Source: an uncultured Chloroflexia bacterium (GTDB taxonomy: Bacteria > Chloroflexota > Limnocylindria > Limnocylindrales > CSP1-4). From it: a stretch of DNA of 64,000 nucleotides. Made by a program: the position numbers and the translations under genes. The stretch covers positions 607-64,606 of the forward strand of contig CAVONF010000003.1 in assembly GCA_963697275.1 (NCBI GenBank). Direction: 5' to 3'. Of the stretch, positions 57,755 through 64,000 are shown piece by piece. Every line of letters starts with the position of its first letter. Positions within the stretch are counted from its first letter, which is position 1. Below the pieces are notes generated by a model. It did no database searches, had not been told where the DNA came from, and saw only the letters and a program-made list of their open reading frames with translations.

Positions 57755-60700
57755 TCAGCCCTCGCCGGCGCGGCTGACACGCAGCAGCTTGTCCTCGTCC
57801 CAGGTCAGCAGCAGGTCGCCGCTGACCGAGTCAAAGGCCATCTCGGTGATGCCTGGAAGGCCCTCGATGACAGGCTGGAGGCGGCCCTTCTCCTCGACCG
57901 CCCACAGGATGCCAGCGGTCGGATCGGTGACGTAGAGGCCGGGATCCAGGACGCCGCCGGGCGAGGACCCCACGGCACCGAAGTTGGGGCTGCCCTCGGG
58001 CGGGGCGACCACCAGCTTCACCGTGCCGTCAGGCTTGAGGCGGAAGAGACCGGCTGGGCCATCGAGCGGCCAGGAAGTCAGCACACTGAGAGCGTAGACC
58101 GTGCCCTTGCCATCAACGGCCAGATCGACGATCCCGTAGAGCGGCTCACCGCCGCGGATGAGCGGCTGGGCCTCGGCGGCCTCGCCGGAGACGAGGAAGA
58201 TGTTGTCGCTCTCGAAGTCGGATACCAGCATCCCACCCTCCGGCGCCTGCTGCAGGTCGCTCAGGCCACCGAACGACGGAGGCGTGGCCCAGGCGCGGAA
58301 CGCACCCTCCTCATCCAGCTCCGCGATGCCCGAGTACGGGTTGCCACCCTCGTACCAGCCGTCCACGCCGACCAGCAGCCGATCCTCGAGCCAGAGGCCC
58401 GACTTGCGGTTCAGGCCAGCCAGGGCGGCGTCCTCGTAGACGACTCGGCTGCCGTCGGGGCTCGAGTCGCAGCAGCACCGCCTCGTCGTGATGGCTTGCG
58501 AATACGTACGCGTCGCCGGCAGCATCCAGGAAGACCCGACCGAGCGGGAAGGGCGCCCGATAGGCTCGGGCGGTCAACCCTTCGGGCAGCACCAACCCAG
58601 CCGGCAGGTCGGCTGCGATCGTGACGCTGCAGGACTCCGGCCCCCAGGGCTCCAGCACCCCAACGTCGGGGCCATCCGCGAAGCGCTCGACATGGAAGAC
58701 CGCGTCGACAGCAGCCGGGATGGTCGCATCCCACTCGTTGCTGAGGAGTGCACGAAGGTAGAGCGGCGAGTCGATCGCGGAGTCGCTGACCGAGAGATCG
58801 TGCCAGCTGCAATCGCCCCAGTAGCCGGCGAGGATGCGGTCGTCCTGGCGACGTAGCCGCAGCCACGTCGATGGCGAGCGGCGCGATGGGGCTTCCCTGA
58901 AGCCCAGGGAGCCCCCTTCGACCTGCAGGCTGGCAGCCATGGCCCGGCGGTAGCCGGTCTCGTGGAAGCCGATAGCCGCCTGGTCCCGCTCATCGAGCGA
59001 CGAGAGTTGCAGCAGCAGGGAGCGGGCCTCGCCTTCCTGGCGCGTCCAGGGCTGGGCATCGACACGCACCACGACCTCGAAGTCGCCCTCGAGGGCGCGG
59101 CCGCTCTGGGCACTGACGTGCCCGATGGTCGAGCCATCGAGGGCCAGTCGCAGCGGCAGGTCCTCCAGCCATGGTGGCGGTGGATCTACCGCTGTCGAGC
59201 GCCACCTCTGTCGTCGCTGCCTGCCCCAGGGCGGCGAGGTCCGACGTCTCGAAGGACGGCTGCCGGAGCGGCGGCACGGCGGGCAGCACATCGACGGTGG
59301 CCCAGTCGACCGGCTCGGAGATGAGGTCCCAGGCCGGCGGGGGCAGCGACCCGGACGGAGCGCTCAGCAGGCGGACACCGGAGAGGCTGGTCGTCGCGTC
59401 CTCCTCGACCAGCCCGTCGTGAGCCGTTCGCTTGAAGACCCAGCCGGCCCAGACCGTCTCGGGGACCAGGATGCGCCGCTGTCCGGTGACGATCCAGTCG
59501 TCTCCGTCGCGACGATAGGTGGTCCAGAAGTCCCCGCGGCGGGACAGTCGGACGCCGACCGGCTCACGACCGGCATCGGGGCAGAGGTCCGCGTAGACCC
59601 AGGCATCCACGCAGGCGCGGCTGGCCAGCTCGTCGCCGCCATGGACCCGCACCCAGCCGCCACCGAGCACCTGGCTGTCGGCCGCCGGCCCATCAGCGCT
59701 CATCTGCCCGGCCAGGGCTCCGATGGAGCTGCCGGGTGACTCGATGATGAACTCGGCACTGGCCAGGGCCGTGGCCGCCGTGCTCAGCAGCAGGTCGGCT
59801 TCCAGGTCGAAGTCACCGCTCACCTTGTGCAGCAGGCGCGGCGCCGAGGCCTCCCCGCCCCAGAGCTCGTTTCCTGGCGGGGTCGTGACCGACAGGCTGT
59901 CGGGTCCCGGGACGGTGAAGGTGGCATCGCCACCGACATCGAGCCAGGTCCAGTCATCGACGGATTCGCCCGGCTCGGCCAGGACGCCGAAGTCGGCCGG
60001 CTGATCGCCGTAGGGCGCGAGGGTGCCATCATCGAGCGGCAGGAGCGGGAAGAGCGGGTCGCCCACCAGCGGATCATCGGGGGCCGGCTCGGCAGCGCCG
60101 AGACCACCATCCGGCCAGGCGAGCTGCTGTCCGGCAGCGACCTCGATGGTCGTCCCATCGGCGTCGGTGATGAGCGCGACGCCCTCGAGGACCACCACCC
60201 GCCCACCACCGCCGTCCGTCGCCTCGACGATGAGGTCGGTGCCCTGAGGGGTGACGGTCCGTCCGCCGACGGCCACGGGCAGGGGTGCGCCACCAGGCGA
60301 GGGTGCGACTGCGCAGGCCGCCCTGCTCGAGCACCAGGCCCGGCGCACCAGCACCGCAGGCGTCGGTCGACTCCGCTCGATCCGAGGCCGGACGTGACGG
60401 CGCTGCTCCCGCGTATGCGTACAGCGGCGAAGCCGGGGACCAGCAGCGTGGTGGTGCCGTTGTCGCCAACGGTCAGCCGGTCGCCCGGAGCCAGGCGGCT
60501 GCCGGGGCGGGCCGGCGCATCGCTCTTCGGCTCGACCAGGGCCACCTCGACCGTCCCGGATTGCCCGAAGCAGCTACCGGTGAGCGGTCCACTGCCGCCT
60601 GCGGCGCCGATGGTGCCCCACAGGCGGCCGGGGCCCGGCAGCTCGGCGGTGGCTTCGACGTGGGTATCGCTCTCGTCAGGCGCCTCGCAGGCCAAGGCCA

Positions 60701-63131
60701 GGGCGGCGATGGTCTGCGAGGGTCCCTCGTTGCGGCCGATGACCGGCGTGTAGCTGATGGCGGCGCTGACCCCGGAGTTGTAGAGGCTCCACACGCACGG
60801 CACGGGCGGACCGCCGTCCAGGGTGACGCGCACCGTGCCACCCGAGGACACGTCGACCGGACCGAGGGACACGGGCAGGTCGCAGGGTTCGTCGACCGGC
60901 TTCTCTGCGAACGAACCGCTGCCGCTGAGCAGCACGCCGCCATCCACCGGTGGTCGGGCCGGACGGACGGTGGCGTTGCGCGCCGCCTTGATGACCGGCC
61001 GGTCAGCGCAGGCGGTGGCCTGCCCGGCCGGCGGCCAGGTCTTGCGGAAGGACTCGTACTGGCTGCGCAGCGCCGCCTCGTAGGACTCCGGGGTGCCGGC
61101 CGGGTGGTAGAGGTGCCAGAGCAGGTTCTCGATGGTCTCGTCGGTGAAGGGGATGCCGTCGCGGGTCAACTGCTCCCTGAGGCGCATCTCGGCCTCGAGC
61201 AGCGCCGCCAGCCTGGCCTGGTCGTCGGCCGTCAGAGCCGCCAGGTCGGAGGTGCTCAGGAGCGCGATGCCGGCCTTGTCCAGCCAATCGACCAGCGCTT
61301 CGATGCGCGCCGTCATCTCGGCCGCAGACCGCTCGGCGACCAGGCGGCGAGCGAAGTAGTCGGCCAGCAGCTTGCGGATCTGCGCGTCAGAGAGGTTGGG
61401 ATCCTCCATCTTGAGATCGACGGCCAGCTGACGAAGACCGCCGGAGTACCAGCCCACCACGGACTGGATGTCGAGCAGGAAGTCGAGATCGCCCGGGTCC
61501 CTGGCGTAGCGCGCATAGAGCTCCTCGAGCACCGCGTTCTTGTAGGCGCTGGCACCGAGCTGGACCGCTCCGGCGGTCAGCTGGGCCACCAGCTCGGCTA
61601 CGGCCAGGACCGGCACGCCGGCCTGCATGGCCTCGATGAAGGCTCGACCCATGGCGCTACCGACAGCCACCGCGGTGCCGTGGCGGGAGGCCTGCTGGTA
61701 GGCACTCCAGATGGCGTAGCCGGAGAAGACGTAGCCGGTGACCCGAGCGGCCTTGCCCAGGAAGGACTCGGCGACCTCATCGGCACCGTGGAGGACCGAC
61801 CGCTCGGCGTCGCTGAGCTGGTCGTAGCGCTTGCCGAAGCGAGGCCATGGCGGCGTCGTCGAAGTGGGTCAGGCCCCAGGCGACGCGACGCTCGAAGGCG
61901 TTGGCCATCCTGACGATCTCGTCGGTCTTCGACGCGCCGAAGCGCTCGGTCAGCAGCTCCACCGCGGCGATGCGCTGGGCCCGTGGCAGGTTGGCCAGGG
62001 AGGCTGCCAGCTCATTGGAGAGCTGGAGCGTCGCCTTGCTGTCGGCCAGCGAACTGGCCATCAGGGAGAGATGGGCATCCGCGACATGGCGACCCATGCT
62101 GCCGTTCAGCTCATCCATGCCGCGCAGGTAGGCCGACAGCGCCCGGTCAGGGTCCATCTCGCCGGTGATGGTCATCATGCGGCCGATGGCTGCCTCGGTC
62201 TTGCCGTTGCGCAGCATCTCCGCCGCCGAGAGCAGGGCCCGGTCGGCCTCGGAGAGCTGGCCGCCGGCGAGGCGGAAGGCGTCGGCGTTGCGCAGATCGT
62301 ACTTGGCCTGCTTGAGCGCCAGCAAGCGCGGCTCGCTGACGCTCTCGCCCAGGAGCGAGCGGAACTTGCTGTTGTCGCTGAACCAGCCCAGCGCATCGCC
62401 CTTGGTCAATGCCGGCGGCGGTGTACGCACCACCGACTCGTAGAAGACTTCCTTCATCTTCCCCGTGGTCGGGTCGAAGCGCCACAGGTTCGGCTTCTGG
62501 AGGGCCTCCTCGCCGGCCAGCCACTTGTTCCCCCCGACGGTGTTGTACTTCTCGACGTTCGAGGCAGCGGCGTAGCGCCCCGGCCACTTCGAGGGGTCGG
62601 AGGGATCGAGGGCATTCACATCAAGGCTGCCGGGCGCGATGCCGAAGCGCTTCTGGAAGGTCGTGGTGAAGTCCTGCGCGGCCTCGCTGGCCTTGGCGCC
62701 GCGGGGGATGAAGTCCTTGTCGCTCTTGCCGGGCAGGTAGGCGCTGTTGGTCAGGCGGTGACCGAGGGTGCCCACCGGGACGACGTGGTCGAGGCCACTG
62801 CCGTACTTCACCGAGACGTCCCGCCAGGCCTCCTGGCACATGCCGACCAGCTGCTCGTCGAGCTTGCGGGCCAGGGTCTTGTCGATGCGTCCAGAGGCCA
62901 CGGCCTGCTTGTAGTCACCGTAGCGCTTGAAGACCTCGAGCGCCGCCTGGCGCTGCTGGGCCGGGGAACCCTTCAGGGAGGTGGAGAACGTCCTGACCAG
63001 GTCCTCCAGTCCGCCCTCCTGTGCCATGGCTCCTGTGGCGGGACTCCGGGGGACACGCCGGTACCCAGCACCAGGATCAGGCTGAGCACGGCCACCAGGC
63101 TGCGCCGCGGGAGCGCCACGAGGCTCGACAT
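57755..63131 (-). CDS. giant secreted multidomain protein (about 1790 aa): helical N-region with nucleotidyltransferase-like G-x/DxD motif, FecR-like, two ConA/DUF1349-like, C-terminal NHL/SMP-30-like beta-propeller; at least 6 frame changes
   Basis: Joins ORFs 62973..63227 (MSSLVALPRRSLVAVLSLILVLGTG), 61777..63027, 59820..61670, 58990..60354, 58311..59291 and 57755..58525. Every junction continues sensibly in the adjacent frame. Confidence 0.65.
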
Positions 63132-63305
63132 CGATCCACCCCCCAGCAGATGCCGGCTGCCGCCGGCAGGCCGCTCGGCCAGAGGCCGGGCTCGGGTCAG
63201 CATCGGTCGTCCCTGGTCGGCAGTCAAGCGAACGACGTGGTCATGACCGCCGCATAGGTCCTGGTCATCGGGGTGACGGATCCCACGGCAAGGCGGCCTG
63301 CATGG

Positions 63306-64000
63306 TCAGGTCGACGTGATGGTCAGCCGGACCCCGCTGCCGTCGACAGGAACCTGCGGCACCGTCAGCAGTCCATCGGCATCCGCGGTGATCGTCCCGG
63401 CCCTGATGATGTGGCCGTCGAGGACCGCGCTGATCTCGTAGGCGTAGGCAGCTCCCGGTGCCACCCGGAAGTGCTGGAGCCGGCGCGGCGTGATGCTCGA
63501 CCTCGTGCGACCGCCCGTCCACCGCTCGCAGCGACATCGACCAGGCATCCGGCGTCGTCGACGGGCACGCCGTCCCAGGGGTCCCAGGAGGCCGACCAGG
63601 CGATGCCGGTCGCGATGTCCGCCTCGCCGTCCGGCGGCCAGTCGCCGGCCAAGGGCCTCGTCGCCGAACCCGGGGACCGTCTCACGAAGGATCGACCCGC
63701 AGCCCAGCGAACGGCACCAGTGCCTCGTCAGGCGCCAGCGTCGCCGGCAGGCCCTCGAACCCGAGCCAGGTGTGGCCGGCCTGGCGAACGGCTCCACCGA
63801 ACGTGCGCGCCGAGGCCGCCAGCGCCGGGTAGAAGGGCTCGCCCTGCGTGGACCACTCGACGACGTCGTCACGAGTTCCGTGGGCGACGCCGAAGGGCAC
63901 GCTCTCATCGGCGCGCCGCGCCAGCACGTTGGCAGCGTGGTCCTGCCAGGAGTAGACGCCAGTGCCTTCGTACCGCCTCGATCGTGGCCGCCCAGCTGGC
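63306..64000 (-). CDS. partial (5' end outside window) secreted protein with C-terminal Ig-like domain, frame changes
   Basis: ORFs 63682..63927, 63365..63685 and 63306..63908, ending ...HFRVAPGAAYAYEISAVLDGHIIRAGTITADADGLLTVPQVPVDGSGVRLTITST*. Confidence 0.4.
   Translation of the reverse strand, partial: QLGGHDRGGTKALASTPGRTTLPTCWRGAPMRACPSASPTELVTTSSSGPRRASPSTRRWRPRRARSVEPFARPATPGSGSRACRRRWRLTRHWCRSLGCGSILRETVPGFGDEALGRRLAAGRRGGHRDRHRLVGLLGPLGRRARRRRRMPGRCRCERWTGGRTRSSITPRRLQHFRVAPGAAYAYEISAVLDGHIIRAGTITADADGLLTVPQVPVDGSGVRLTITST

Overview
High-GC bacterial chromosome segment with very strong GC3 codon bias, of actinobacterial or Chloroflexi type. I found no rRNA, no intact tRNA and no CRISPR array.

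Many genes are readable only by joining 2-6 ORF-track pieces across 1-nt frame changes, often at homopolymer runs. I therefore treat most as real genes hit by assembly indels, and reserve 'pseudogene' for clear truncations.

Recognisable content:
- Two rhodanese paralogs.
- Secreted repeat proteins.
- SRPBCC, alpha/beta-hydrolase, SAM-methyltransferase and ATC-hydrolase genes.
- Two MFS transporters.
- A holin-like/alkaline-phosphatase fusion, a UPF0104 protein and an ABC1 kinase in one cluster.
- AraC and MarC genes and an alkyl-sulfatase.
- A glutamate decarboxylase plus ClC channel acid-resistance pair.
- A molybdate locus (Mop regulator, modB, modA).
- A LacI-controlled CUT2 sugar ABC transporter.
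- A membrane spermidine-synthase-like protein and an exported Pcm.
- A cyclase-STAND-TPR protein and a UPF0261 protein.
- A roughly 1790-aa secreted multidomain protein.
- One ISLre2-like insertion sequence.
- Several decayed mobile-element remnants: Doc, HNH, a LuxR-HTH gene and a tRNA 3' fragment.

The most unusual signal is a conserved noncoding element of about 125-135 nt, present in 10 copies, all on the + strand. Each intact copy ends 17-29 nt before the ATG of a different cargo gene. Four copies form a tandem leader-ORF array at 7.86-11.6 kb. Several units end in one sequence-related terminator hairpin. Cargo paralogs and truncated leader-cargo copies occur elsewhere in the window. I could not match the element to any riboswitch or attC class from memory.
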